This document shows positions 12,849 through 25,712 of a stretch of DNA of 64,000 bases, in pieces. The stretch's first letter is position 1, and every line of letters begins with the position of its first letter. The position numbers were made by a program, and so were the translations under genes. Below the pieces are notes generated by a model. The model had not been told where the DNA came from, made no database searches, and was given only the letters and a program-made list of their open reading frames with translations. This DNA is from Heptranchias perlo (lineage: Eukaryota). Location of the stretch: assembly GCF_035084215.1 (NCBI RefSeq), contig NC_090365.1, forward strand, positions 11,348,001-11,412,000, read 5' to 3'.

Positions 12849-13350
12849 AACAACAACAACTTGCCTTCATATAGCACCTTTAATGTAATAAAATGTCCCA
12901 AGGAGCTTCACAGGAGCGATTATCAAACACAATTTGACACCGAGCCACATCAGGAGATATTAGGACAGGTGACCAAAGGATTGGTCAAAAGAGGTAGGTT
13001 TTAAGGAGTGTCTTAAAGGAGGAGAGAGACGTAGTGCGTCAGAGAGTTTTAGGGATGGAATTCCAGAGCTTAAGGCCTAGACAGCTAAAGGCACGGCCGC
13101 CAATGGTAAAGTGAAGGAAATCGGTGCACAAGGCCAGAATTGGAGGAGCGCAGGGATCTCAGAAGGTTTTGGATCTGGAGGAGGTTACAGAGATAGGGAG
13201 AGGTAAAGGCACAGAGAGATCTGAAAACAAGGATGAGAATTTTAAATTCGAGCCATTGCCGGACCAGGAGCCAGTGTAGGTCAGCGAGCACAGGGGTGAT
13301 GGGTGAACGGGGATTGGTGCGAGTTAGGATACGGGCAGTTTTGGATGAGT
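12849..13350 (-). mobile_element. L2-type LINE 3' fragment
   Basis: Encodes LADLHWL...FKILILVF. Has the (caa)n tail. Confidence 0.85.
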
Positions 13351-13439
13351 CCAGATGTTAAGCTGGCCTTGAAGGGTGGGCATCCTGCTTGTGGCAGTGC
13401 CAGCTACCGTACTTACATTACTTATAAGTTTTGGCAGAA

Positions 13440-14244
13440 CTCAAAGTAGGAAAGTCACCCAGTCCGCATGGGATGCATCCTAGGTTGCTGAGGGAAGTAA
13501 GGGTGGAAATAGCAGAGGCTCTCACCACAATCTTTCAATCCTGGATATAGGAGTATTGCCAGAGGACTGGAGGGGTGGAAATGTTATAGCCCTGTTCAAA
13601 AAGGGGGGAGAGGGATAAACCCGGTAACTACAGGCCAGACAGCCTAATATCAGTGGTGGGAAAGCTTCTAAAGGTCATAATTTGAGGCAAAATTAATTTT
13701 CACTTGTAAAAACACAGGTTAATAAATGACAGCCTGCACGGATTTGTTAAAGGCAAATTGTGTCTGACAAACTTGATTGAGTTCTTCGATGAAGTAAAGG
13801 AGAGGGTTGATGAGGGTAGTGTGGTTGATGTTGTGTATGTGGACTTTCCAAAGGCGTTTGATAAAGTGGCACATAATAGGCTTATTAGCAAAATGAAGTC
13901 CATGGGATTAAAAGGACAGTGACAGCATGGATACAAAATTGACTAAGAGACAGAAATCAGAGAGTAGTGGTGAAAGGTTGTTTTTCAGTCTGGAGGGAAG
14001 TGTGCAGTGGTATCCCCCAGAAGTCGGTATTAGGACCACTGTTGTTTTGATGTGTATTAATGAGCTGGACTTGGGTATAGGGGGAAAATTTACAAAGTTT
14101 GCTGATGACTCAGGACTTAGAAATGTAGCAAACAGTGAGGAGGATAGTAGTAAACTAAATGGTATAATTTTAAAGGGAGTGCAGAACTAGAGACCTGGGG
14201 GGTTCACATACATAAATCTGTGAAGGTGCCGGACAAGTTGATAA
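13440..14244 (+). mobile_element. CR1 ORF2 reverse transcriptase fragment
   Basis: Motifs HGFVKGKLCLTNLIEFF, VDVVYVDFPKAFDKV and KFADD, with frameshifts. Confidence 0.9.
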
Positions 14245-15206
14245 GGCTGAGATGATTGGCCTCCAACAACCACTACCATCTTCCTTTGTGCTAGGTATGA
14301 CTCCAGCCACTGGAGAGTTTTCCCCCTGATTCCCATTGACTTCAGTTTTAGTAGTGTTCCTTGGTGCCACACTCGGTCAAATGCTACCTTGATGTCAAGA
14401 GCAGTCACTCTCATCTCACCTCTGGAATTCAGCTCTTTTGTCCATGTTTGGACCAAGGTTGTAATGAGGTCTGGAGCCGAGTGGTCCTGGCGGAACCCAA
14501 ACTGAGCATCGGTGAGCAGGTTATTGGTGAGTAAGTGCCGCTTGATAGCACTGTCGACAACACCTTCCATCACTTTGCTGATGATTGAGAGTAGACTGAT
14601 GGGGCGGTAATTGGCCGGATTGGATTTGTCCTGCTTTTTGTGGACAGGACATACCTGGGCAATTTTCCACATTGTCGGGTAGATGCCACTGTTGTAGCTG
14701 TACTGGAACAGCTTGGCTAGAGGCGCGGCTAGTTCTGGAGCACAAATCTTCAGTGCTACAGCCGGGATGTTGTCGGGGCCCATAGCCTTTGTTGTATCCA
14801 GTGCACTCAGCTGAAGTATTCGACACAATACTTGAGTTGTGGCCGAACCAGTGTTTTATAAAGATCCACTTGGTAACCTTATTAATTCTGCAATCACATC
14901 TTTTGTCCTTCACACTCCTTTTATCTTCTTGTCATGTTTTGCTCTGTGATTGAACCAACTTTCTCACTGAATGATGTGCTCATCCTGTGCTTACTATCAC
15001 TTTGATCTTCAAGCCCCCTGACCCTACCAGAGAAGCCTCATTTTCCCCCTCCCTCCCATTTTCTCCCCAACTGCCCTGAAGGCGCTGACTCATGTGGAAC
15101 CCGTACCATCATGGGTTAAAATTACATGTGCTGTACTTTAGCAAGGTCATTAACCCATTTAAAATAAATGGCTGTTGGACCATGGGAAGCATCACAGCCA
15201 AGCTCT
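14245..15206 (-). repeat. Inverted duplicate of 19246-20277 (HER1 RT fragment plus flank)
   Basis: ORFs 14187..14828(-) and 14521..14913(-) are near-identical to 19694..20374(+) and 19609..20001(+). The non-LINE flank also matches. Confidence 0.95.
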
Positions 15207-15602
15207 TGAAAAGGAAAAATTTGGAGGGCTGTGGGGAAAGAACAGGGGAGTGGGACTAATTGGGTAGCTCTTTCAAAGAGCCGGTACAGGCACAATGGGC
15301 CGAATGGCCTCCATCTGTGCTGGATGATTCTATGATATGCCACCAGTGGAACCAAGGAGAAGCCACCTCTCGATTTGGTCATGCTCTCTTGCGTTGGCGG
15401 CAGATATTGTTTCAACTCTATGACGGCACTGACACCGATGCTGGAGCTGTAAGTGTTAATCAGACAGGCCGGGCTCTCTGGTACGTGTGTGAAGGGGTTA
15501 AAGATGTCTAGTCAGCCAGCAAGTGGTTTCAGCCAGCAGAAGTGAAATTTTCACTTCTCTAACCCTTTGCCAACAGATTGAAGTACTAGTCCTTCTGACT
15601 AG

Positions 15603-15852
15603 TCCTTGTTTTCAAATCCCTCCGTGGCCTCGCCCCTCCCTATCTCTGTAATCTCCTCCAGCCCTACAACCCTCCCAGATCTCTGCGCTCCCCCAATTCT
15701 GGCCTCTTGCACATCCCCGATTTTCATCGCTCCACCATTGGCGGCCGTGCCTTCAGCTGCCTAGGCCCTAAGCTCTGGAATTCCCTCCCTGAACCTCTCT
15801 GCCTCTCTACCTCGTTTAAGACGTGCCTTAAAACCTACCTCTTTGACCAATC
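15603..15852 (+). mobile_element. L2-type LINE 3' fragment
   Basis: Encodes HRSTIGGRAFSCLGPKLWNSLP. Confidence 0.85.
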
Positions 15853-17427
15853 TTTTAACAAAGAACACCAGCTCCTCACTTTTAGCTGATCCTGTATGTT
15901 AATAAAACAAAACATTCTTTGCAACTAAATAAGCCAGGGAAAAGACAACAAGATGAAGCCTCAAATCAGGTGATTTAAAAACTCGCCACATAAACCCAAA
16001 AAATCTAGAGTTCAAGTTCCAGTCTTTATTTTCTGGCACCCAGATGAAACAGTATTTATACACACAAAAGAAGCTCTCTTCGAAAGTTACGTTTCACCTT
16101 CCAGAATGAACCACGGTTAGAAACTAGGCTGGGTGATATCGACAGATAGTTCAGTGAGAGATCCCTCAACCTCACCCTCCCGGTGTGGAGTCCTGGGTCG
16201 TGGACGTCAGAGAATTGGAGCTACAACGCAGGGTCCTATTTGGGCTTGCGGGACGGTGAAATCAGCCCTTTTAGAATCGTTCGTGTGACTTTAGCGCAGA
16301 TGTGAACCTGTTTTAAGAGAACGCCTCAGTTCAAACAGCAGGTGGACGGCTGCCACACGAATGCATTGAGTGTTGGTATAGTAACATCCCCAATCGTCAT
16401 CTTTAGCCCTGAGACATTAATCCCCTCACTGGGAATAATACAAGGCCAGAAATCTATGATCTAAGACCAAGGGGAGTGGGACTAATTGGCTAGCTCTTTC
16501 AGAGAGCCGGCACAGGCACGATGGGTCGAATGGCCTCCGTCTGTGCTGTACGAACCCATCTCCCATCCACTGTCATTGTGTGGATTGTGAATGATTTAAG
16601 TAAACAAAGGCTGGGGGGAAAAATGATTTACTAACTGGCTATTTTTATTCGGCTAGGTGTTTAAAAGCATTCACTTGTGTCAGCTGCTTCAGGCACAAGA
16701 AGACAAGTTCAAAAAAAAAGAATATTGATTACCTTCGTCCTGCTAATCCTCACCCATTGTCCAGACTGTGTCTGCAGTCATCGCCGGGAGAGTTTATTGG
16801 TCAAACTTCACTGAGACACAGTGGGTCACACCAGGCTTCAGGAAGCTGCTCTGCAGTCCACGAGTGAGTAAGTCCCGGCCGGTCACCAAAGCCTCAACCT
16901 CTCCCTCTGCCTCCCACCCCTCCTCCAGATTCATTCAGGAAGCGAAAACCTGGCCCATTCATGTAGAAAATGATCTCGAACAAGAAGTGAATGTGAAAGT
17001 GACGCCAAAAGGCACTGATTTTGTACCTGGTGCTTAACAGCAAGCTCAGAACAAGCGAGTCCCCCCCTGCCTCCCCCTGCCAGTTAATCAGCACATCTCT
17101 GCCAGGTTAAAATGTCCTGCTGGATTTAAAGAGCAGCGTTACCACAGTGTGAAACACTCAGAGAAATTACCTCCCATATTTTTTCATTAAAAAACAGGAA
17201 GTTTTAGTTCGATTTGATTTTTCCCTCAGTTTCCTCTGTAAAATTTTTGTAGCTGAGCATCTGATAGGGAGTCCAACTCTGAACTTAAGCCTCCGATGTT
17301 TTCTCGCTCTTGTAATCTTTGACTCTATCACTGTGCTCACTGATCATCTGAACTTTTCCTTTCTTGTTCCTCTAAACACACCAGCCTGCGTCTCCTCTGC
17401 CTCAAAATCAAGTCTCGTCTCATCGTC

Positions 17428-17917
17428 TCCTACTCAAACTCATTCAAAACTCTGCTGCCCGTATCCTAACACGCACCAAGTCCTGTTCACCCATCACCCA
17501 CTGACTTGCTCGCTGACCGACATTGGCTCCCGGTCCGGCAACTCCTCGGTTTTAAAATTCTCGTCCGTGTTTTCAAATCCCTCCATGGCCCTCGCCCCCC
17601 CTCCCTATCGTTGTAACCTCCTCCAGCCCTACAACCCTCCGAGATCTCTGCGCTCCTCCAATTCCGGCCTCTTGCACATCCCCGATTTCCATCGCTCCAC
17701 CGTTGGCGGCCGTGCCTTCAGCTGCCTCGGCCCCGAGCTCACTCCCTAAACCTCTCCGCCTCTCTCTCCTCCTTAAAGACGCTCCTTAAAACCTCACCTG
17801 TTTTAATTTCTCCTCCTGTGGCTCGGTGTCAAATTTTGTCTGATAAGGCTCCTGTGAAGCGCCTTGGGACGTTTTACTATATTAAAGGCGCTATATAAAT
17901 GCAAGTTGTTGTTGTTA
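17428..17917 (+). mobile_element. L2-type LINE 3' fragment with intact tail
   Basis: Ends aaggcgctatataaatgcaagttgttgttgtt. Confidence 0.9.
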
Positions 17918-18323
17918 TTCCTTCCCAGCAGCTCAAAACCGTGGCAGTCCTCACCTCCCTCGGACTTGCCTTCCTCCTACAAACTGCAGCTTTTTTAAAA
18001 CTCAAGCTTCTTGTCACCTGACCATCACTTCTTCATTTATGTTGTCTTTTCCCCTTTTCTATTGAACACTGGCCGGGTTCCCTGCACTGTAGGCCTCGGC
18101 CCTCCACTTGGGGTGCGCCACTTTAAAAATAATACATATTGAACTTTTTTCTCGTGTTTATTCCCCCTTCAACTTTTGCTCCCTCTAGGAAATGCCCCTT
18201 TCTTCCACTGGGCACCTCCCCCAGATAACCTGGCTGTCACCCAGGGAAGTCACTGCGTCAATCTGAAAACAAAAGAGGGAAGTATGCAAAGAGGAGACAG
18301 ATAAAAAAGATCTGGAGTAATGA

Positions 18324-18760
18324 GAGGCGAGGAGGAGGAGGAGGGGGCGAGGAGGAGGAGGGGGCGAGGAGGAGGAGGAGGAGGAGGGGACGAGGAGGGG
18401 CGAGGAGGAGAGGCGAGGAGGAGGAGAGGCGGATGAGGATGAGGAGGAGAGGCAGAGGAGGAGGAGGAGGAGGGGCGAGGAGCAGGAGGAGGAGAGGCGG
18501 ATGAGGATGAGGAGGAGAGGCAGAGGAGGAGGAGGAGGAGGAGGAGGAGAGGCGGATGAGGATGAGGAGGAGAGGCAGAGGAGGAGGAGGAGGAGGAGGG
18601 ACGAGGAGGAGAGGCGAGGAGGAGGAGGAGGAGAGGCGGATGAGGATGAGGAGGAGAGGCAGAGGAGGAGGAGGGGCGAGGAGCAGGAGAGGCGAGGAGG
18701 AGGAGGAGGAGTGAGGAGGAGGAGGAAAGGCGAGGAGGAGGCAAGGAGGAGGAGGAGAGA
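18324..18760. repeat. Purine-rich (GGA)n compound repeat
   Basis: Almost pure G/A tract with a recurring block gaggcggatgaggatgaggaggagaggcagagg. Confidence 0.95.
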
Positions 18761-19704
18761 AGATTGAAATCAGAAAGCAGCATGGGAACAATTAGCCGAG
18801 CCAACAAGCTCACACATGGAAAGTCATCTCAGGTGGCTTCCACTCTCTTGTTTGGTAATGCCTGTTCTTTTACTGTCTTTTCAAGTATCATCTCAGTGCT
18901 GGTCGTATGTCTGATTTTCTAGACCTACAACATGTATGGAACGATACATGGTGCCCACCAACCTGCCCACTCAGATTTGTCCTCCTGCAAATGAATATCT
19001 GTCTCACCGATGGAAACCAGAATCCCGTGCCTTAATGGTGAAAAGTAGATCTAAACATAAATTCTGCACTGACTAGGAAGGCCTTAGGTTCTACCCCCAG
19101 TCTGTGCTGAGTTAGCTCATCTCAATAGGGACATGGCAATTACCCTGGGAAAGAGATGGAAAAATCAGCCAAGATCCCACTCAGGCTCATGTCCAGTGAC
19201 CCCCCCCCCATTAGAAATACACATGTGGCAACATCAGGGAAGGACAGAGTTTGGCAGTGATGCTTCCCATGGCCCAACAGCCCGCCATTTATTTTAAATG
19301 GGTTAATGACCTTGCTAAAGAACAGCACATGTAATTTTAACCCCTGACTGTACGGGTTCACACATGATGAATGGTAACATGGACGCGGTACTGGAGGGCA
19401 CAGGGCGCCTTTGGAACTGAACCCCCACATGAGTCAGTGCCTTCAGGGCAGTTGGGGAGAAAATGGGAGGGAGGGGGAAAATGAGGCTTCTCTGGTAGGG
19501 TCAGGGGGCTTGAAGATCAAAGTGATAGTAAGCACAGGATGAGCACATCATTCAGTGAGAAAGTTGGTTCAATCACAGAGCAAAACATGACAAGAAGATA
19601 AAAGGAGTGTGAAGGACAAAAGATGTGATTGCAGAATTAATAAGGTTACCAAGTGGATCTTTATAAAACACTGGTTCGGCCACAACTCAAGTATTGTGTC
19701 TAAT

Positions 19705-21290
19705 ACTTCAGCTGAGTGCACTGGATACAACAAAGGCTATGGGCCCCGACAACATCCCGGCTGTAGAGATGAAGATTTGTGCTCCAGAACTAGCCGCGCC
19801 TCTAGCCAAGCTGTTCCAGTACAGCTACAACAGTGGCATCTACCTGACAATGTGGAAAATTGCCCAGGTATGTCCTGTCCACAAAAAGCAGGACAAATCC
19901 AATCCAGCCAATTACTGCCCCATCAGTCTACACTCAATCATCAGCAAAGTGATGGAAGGTGTCGTCGACAGTGCTATCAAGCGGCACTTACTCACCAATA
20001 ACCTGCTCACCGATGCTCAGTTTGGGTTCCGCCAGGACCACTCGGCTCCAGACCTCATTACAGCCTTGGTCCAAACATGGACAAAAGAGCTGAATTCCAG
20101 AGGTGAGGTGAGACTGACTGCCCTTGACATCAAGGCAGCATTTGACCGAGTGTGGCACCAAGGAACACGAGTAAAATTGAAGTCAATGGGAATCAGGGGG
20201 AAAACTCTCCAGTGGCTGGAGGCATACCTAGCACAAAGGAAGATGGTAGGGGTTGTTGGAGGCCAATCATCTCAGCCCCAGGACATTGCTGCAGGAGTTC
20301 CTCAGGGCAGTGTCCTAGGCCCAACCATCTTCAGCTGTTTCATCAATGACCTTCCCTCCATCATAAGGTCATAAATGGGGATGTTTGCTGATGATTGCAC
20401 AGTGTGCAGTTCCATTCGCAACCCCTCAGATAATGAAGCAGTCCGTGCCTGCATGCAGCAAGACCTGGACAACATCCAGGCTTGGGCTGATAAGTGGCAA
20501 GTAACATTTGCACCAGACAAGTGCCAGGCAATGACCATCTCCAAAAAGAGAGAGTCTAACCACCTCCCCTTGACATTCAATGGCATTACCATCGCAGAAT
20601 CCCCCACCATCAACATCCTGGGGGTCACCATTGACCAGAAACTTAACTGAACCAGCCACATAAATACTGTGGCTACGAGAGCAGGTCAGAGGCTGGGTAT
20701 TCTGCGGTAAGTGACTCATCTCCTGACTCCGCAAAGCCTTTCCATCATCTACAGGGCACAAGTCAGGAGTGTGATAGAATACTCTCCACTTGCCTGGATG
20801 AGTGCAGCTCCAACAACACTCAAGAAGCTCGACACCATCCAGCACAAAGCAGCCTGCTTGATTGGCACCCTATCCACCACACTAAACATTCATTCCCTTC
20901 ACCACTGGCGCACCATGGCTGCAGTGTGTACCATCTACAGGATGCACTGCAGCAATTCGCCAAGGCTTCTGCGATAGCACCTCCCAAACCGCTCGACCTC
21001 CACCACCTAGAAGGACAAGGGCAGCAGGCACATGGGAACAACACCACCTGCACGTTCCCCTCCAAGTCACACACCATCCCGACTTGGAAATATATCGCCG
21101 TTCCTTCATTGTCGCTGGGTAAAAATCCTAGAACTCCCTTCCTAACAGCACTGTGGGAGAACCTTCACCACGAGGACTGCAGCGGTTCAAGAAGGCGGCT
21201 CACCACCACCTTCTCGAGGGCAATTAGGGAAGGGCAATAAATGCTGGCCTTGCCAGTGATGCCTACATCCCATGAATGAATAAAAAAAAA
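19705..21290 (+). mobile_element. HER1-type LINE, 5'-truncated (~1.6 kb), decayed ORF2, inserted in a CR1
   Basis: RT motifs QFGFRQDHSA, ALDIKAAFDRVWH, GVPQGSVLGP and MFADD, with in-frame stops and an A-rich tail. CR1 sequence ...gtattgtgtctaat resumes after the element as aattctgggcaccgcac. Confidence 0.92.
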
Positions 21291-21731
21291 ATTCTGGGCA
21301 CCGCACTTTAGGAAAGATGTAAAGGCCTTAGAGATGGTGCAGAAAAGATCTACTAAAATGGTTCCAGGGATGAAGGACTTTAGTTATGTGTATAGACTGG
21401 AGAAGCTGGGGTTGTTTTCCTTGGAGCAGAGAAGGTTGAGAGGAGATTTGATAGAAGTGTTCAAAATTATGAAGGGTCTAGACAGAGTAGATAGAGAGAA
21501 ACTGTTCCCATTGGTGGAAGGGTGAAGCGCCAGAGGGCGTAGATTTAAGGTGACTGGCAAAAGAACCAAAGGCGACATGAGGAAAAACCTTTTCACACAG
21601 TGAGTGGTTGTGATCTGGAATGCAATGCCCGAGAAGGTGATGGGACTAGCTGGATTGTTCTTGCAGAGAGCTGGCACAGGCTCGATGGGCTGAATGGTCT
21701 CCATCTGTTCTGTAACCATTCTATGATTCTA
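21291..21731 (+). mobile_element. CR1 3' fragment
   Basis: Encodes RLEKLGLFSLEQRRLRGDLIEVFKIMKG. Ends attctatgattcta. Confidence 0.9.
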
Positions 21732-22824
21732 AGTAGACTGTTCTATTCTTGAGGTCATGGTCATTCCAATGACCTCCAAAGAAATGTAATGTAAGGCTTT
21801 TCTAAAAAAACACCTTTTATTGAACCATTTTAAGCCAAAATATGAAACATTTTATTCCATTTCCAAGGTTTTCCTCCAATTGGTTCAGTTACTTCCAGGA
21901 ACCGAACTCATTTATGAAGAAGCAGGAGGGAAGGTTTGGGAATGGGGGAGGGGCTGATCTGCAGCATGTCCAGCGAGCATCACAGGATTCACTGTGAATA
22001 CTTCTTCCCCTCCCTCCCCTTTCCCCCCCCCCTCCCACTCCCCATCCACCCTTGCAGTGGTTTTGAAATTATTTTCTCGATATAAAGACAACCCACAGAC
22101 CCAGTACTAACCTGGAGGAACCCCCTACTGTCTCCCCCTCTCCACATTGAATCTCAGAAATCTATGGCTCCTCGTTATCTGATTGATAAACGTAATCTTG
22201 GACACCTCCCAGAACATCGAGGAACACAAAGGTTTAGTTTACATAAAACCTGGTTTCGTTATTTCCTACTGTCCGGATTTGCCCGAAACGATAGATGAGA
22301 GGCCCTTGCTTCAGAGCAAAGTGTTAGCATCGTCACAATCTAAACGTAAAGTATCACAGTGTCAGGGAGTCGGATAACGCCACAGGACGCAGTTGGGATC
22401 ATGCTTCACGTGTGCGTCTAGTCGGTGATTGCTGCCAGGCTCTTCCACTCTGAAGGCATCTAAATATGCTGCTGTTCATGAAACACTCCCCGACATGGGT
22501 CTCGTGCGGCAGGTTCCAACCTGACGGTAAACCTGCTAGTGTCGCTGCCCTGTTCTCCCGGTGTCCTTGACTCCCGGTGTCCTGGTCAACATTCCTTCCT
22601 CAACCAACGCCACTAAAAACAGGTTAGCTGATCAGTCATCTCATTTTCTGCCCAAGGGACCTTGCTGTGCTGACATGTTTGCCCACATATCAACAGTGAA
22701 CGCTCTTCAAAACTAATTCTTTGGATACGACTTTAAGATACTGAGCACATATTAAGGCACCATAGAAATGCAAGTTCTCTTTCTTTCAGTACACTGTCGA
22801 GACTCCTGTAATACAGGCACGTAC

Positions 22825-23545
22825 CTCTGAAGGCAGCCCATAATACAAGCATATACTCTGAAGGCAGCCCATAATACAGACATGTACTCTGAAGGCAGCC
22901 CATAAAACAGGCATGTATACTGAAGGCAGCCCATAACACAGACATATACTCTGAAGGCAGCCCATAATACAGACATATACTCTGAAGGCAGCCCATAATA
23001 CAGACATATACTCTGAAGGCAGCCCATAAAACAGGCATGTACACTGAAGGCAGCCCATAATACAGGCATATACTCTGAAGGCAGCCCATAATAGACATAT
23101 ACTCTGAAGGCAGCACATAATACAGGCATATACTCTGAAGGTAGCCCATAATACAGACATGTACTCTGAAGGCAGCCCATAATAGACATATACTCTGAAG
23201 GCAGCCCATAATACAGACATGTACTCTGAAGGCAGCCCATAATAGACATATACTCTGAAGGCAGCCCATAATACAAGCATATACTCTGAAGACAGCCCAT
23301 AATACAAGCATATACTCTGAAGGCAGCCCATAATACAGACATATACTCTGAAGGCAGCCCATAATACAAGCATATACTCTGAAGACAGCCCATAATACAA
23401 GCATATACTCTGAAGGCAGCCCATAATACAAGCATATACTCTGAAGACAGCCCATAATACAAGCATATACTCTGAAGGCAGCCCATAATACAGGCATATA
23501 CTCTGAAGACAGCGCTGTAATATAGGCCTGCATTCTGAAGGTAGC
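22825..23545. repeat. 31-bp minisatellite (tctgaaggcagcccataatacagacatatac), ~23 copies with 29-bp variants
   Basis: Direct periodicity. It explains the three overlapping minus-strand ORFs. Confidence 0.97.
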
Positions 23546-24149
23546 CCTGTATATGGAATTATACAGATAGTGTCTACCTTGCTATAACTGTAAATGCACA
23601 CAGTACTGCAAAATACCGCAGCGAATGCCTCTCTCCCTTTTTGCCTGATCTTCATTCCTGATTCCCAAGCAAAAATGTTTAAAAAGCCTTTAAAAATAAT
23701 GTAAAGTTGTGAGTTTTGCAGTGTGTTGCTTCTTTGGTCCAGTACTGTTAGTATCCTCATACCTAATGGGTGGGAACGCAGCTCTGAAGAGGCACGTGGA
23801 ATTGTTTGTTGGGTTTGGTCACGCCTCGTACTGGACTGGACGTTCCAGTGGAATCGGCGACCCTGACTCTGTGTGCAGTTGTCGATTGGACATGTGGCAA
23901 TTCCTCCACGGATACAGCTGCTTCGCCAGAGTCACAACATCAAAGCAATGAGCAGGCCTTCACATTACATCACAAACTCCCCCTCAGGACTAATCAAACA
24001 AACTCCTGTACCAGAGGGCAAGACATGAGCAGCGATTTGCAAACTACAGACTGGCCCACTGCTGCTCGCAGTTATTTTTTTAAAACCTAAAGCGGCAGAA
24101 TTAAGGCTGGAAAATTGCAGAGGGGATTCTGGAATTCAGATTATACAAC

Positions 24150-24683
24150 AAAAACTCACATCGATGTTGCACCTTTAATGTAGTAAAACAGCCCAAGGCT
24201 CTTCACAGGAGTGATTTTCAAACAAAATTTGACACTGAGCCACATAAGGAGATATTAGGACGGGTGACCAAAAGCTTGGTCAAAGAGGTAGGTTTTAAGG
24301 AGCATCTTAAAGGAGGAGAGAGAGGCGGAGAGTTTTTGGGAGGGAATTCCAGAGCTTAGGGCCGAGGCAGCCGAAGGCACGGCCGCCAATGGTGGAGCGA
24401 TGAAAATCGGGGATGCGCAAGAGGCCAGAATTGGAGGAGTGCAGAGATCTCGGAGGATTGTAGGGCTGGAGAGAGGTTACAGAGATAGGGAGGGGCGAGG
24501 CCATGCAGGGATTTGAAAACAAGGATGAGAATTTTAAAATTGAGGCATTGGTGATCAGTGAGCACAGGGGTGATGGGTGAATGGGACTTGGTGCAAGTTA
24601 GGCTATGGGCAGCAGAGTTTTGGATGAACTCAAGTTTACGGAGGGTGCAAGGTGGGAGGCCGGCCAGGAGAGCATTGGATTAG
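24150..24683 (-). mobile_element. L2-type LINE 3' fragment
   Basis: Encodes IGGRAFGCLGPKLWNSLP. Confidence 0.85.
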
Positions 24684-25256
24684 TAATAATACAGGGGGAA
24701 ATCATGGCTTCTGTTAACATGGGTGGGGTTTGCAAGTGAGAAATTCTGGAAACAGCATGAACAGCTGGATGATGCAATGAAGAGTGGTTCATTGACGGTG
24801 CTAAATAGTTAGAATCGGCCAGGCGGCGAGCGAGAGATCAGTCCTGTCAGTTCCCACCCTCAGCCACGCTGCTGGAGAACGGTTGATGCTTCCCCTTTAA
24901 GCAGAAGGCCAATTTGGAGGGAGAGTAACCCAGAATTGCTCTAGTGCGTCTCCTAGCTGATGGTTATTGGGCAGCTTTAACAGATGCCAGCTCTCCTCCT
25001 TGGCCTGAGATATTGCCTTGAACAGAGAGAAGGGAGAAAGTAACAACTTTAAAATCAACTTTAGGATTCTTATCTTCGCTTTCAAATCCCTTCACAGCCT
25101 CGCCCTTCCCTTACCCCATGATCTCCTGTCCCTGTATGCATCCTCTGGTCCTCCAACACCTGCCTACTTCACATTCCTTGCTCCGTTCTTTCTACGTCAA
25201 TGGCCATTTCTTCAGCCACCTTGCTCCTGCCCTCTAGGACTCCCTCTCTTCACACC

Positions 25257-25712
25257 CATGGCTCAGTGGATAGCACTCTTGCCTCTGAGTTAGAAAGTCA
25301 TGGGTTCAAGTCCCACTCCAGAGATTTAAGCATAAAATCCAGGCTAACACTCCAGTGCAGTACTGAGGGAGCGCTGCACTGTCAGAAGTGCCGTCTTTTG
25401 GATGAGACGTTAAAATGAGGCCCCATCTGCCCTCTAAGGTGGATAAAAAAGATCCCATGGCATTATGTCGAAGAAGAGCAGGGGAGTTCTCCCTGGTGTC
25501 CTGGCCAATATTTACCCCTCAACCGACACCTTAAAACAGAATATCTGGTCATTATCACATTGCTTTTTGTGGGATTTTGCTGTGCTCAAATTGGCTGCCG
25601 TGTTTCCTACATTACAACAGTGACTGCACTTCAAAAGTATTTAATTGGCTGTAAAGCACTTTGGGATGTCCTGAGGTCGTGAAAGACGCTATATAAATGC
25701 AGGTCTTTCTTT
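25257..25712 (+). mobile_element. DeuSINE, full length
   Basis: Head, core and tail all present. Confidence 0.9.

Noticed and set aside
18250..18813. Pro/Ser/Leu-rich ORFs
   Set aside because: Low-complexity GGA/TCC repeat.
19694..20977. Functional reverse transcriptase gene or retron-like system
   Set aside because: A 5'-truncated LINE ORF2 with in-frame stops and no endonuclease domain.
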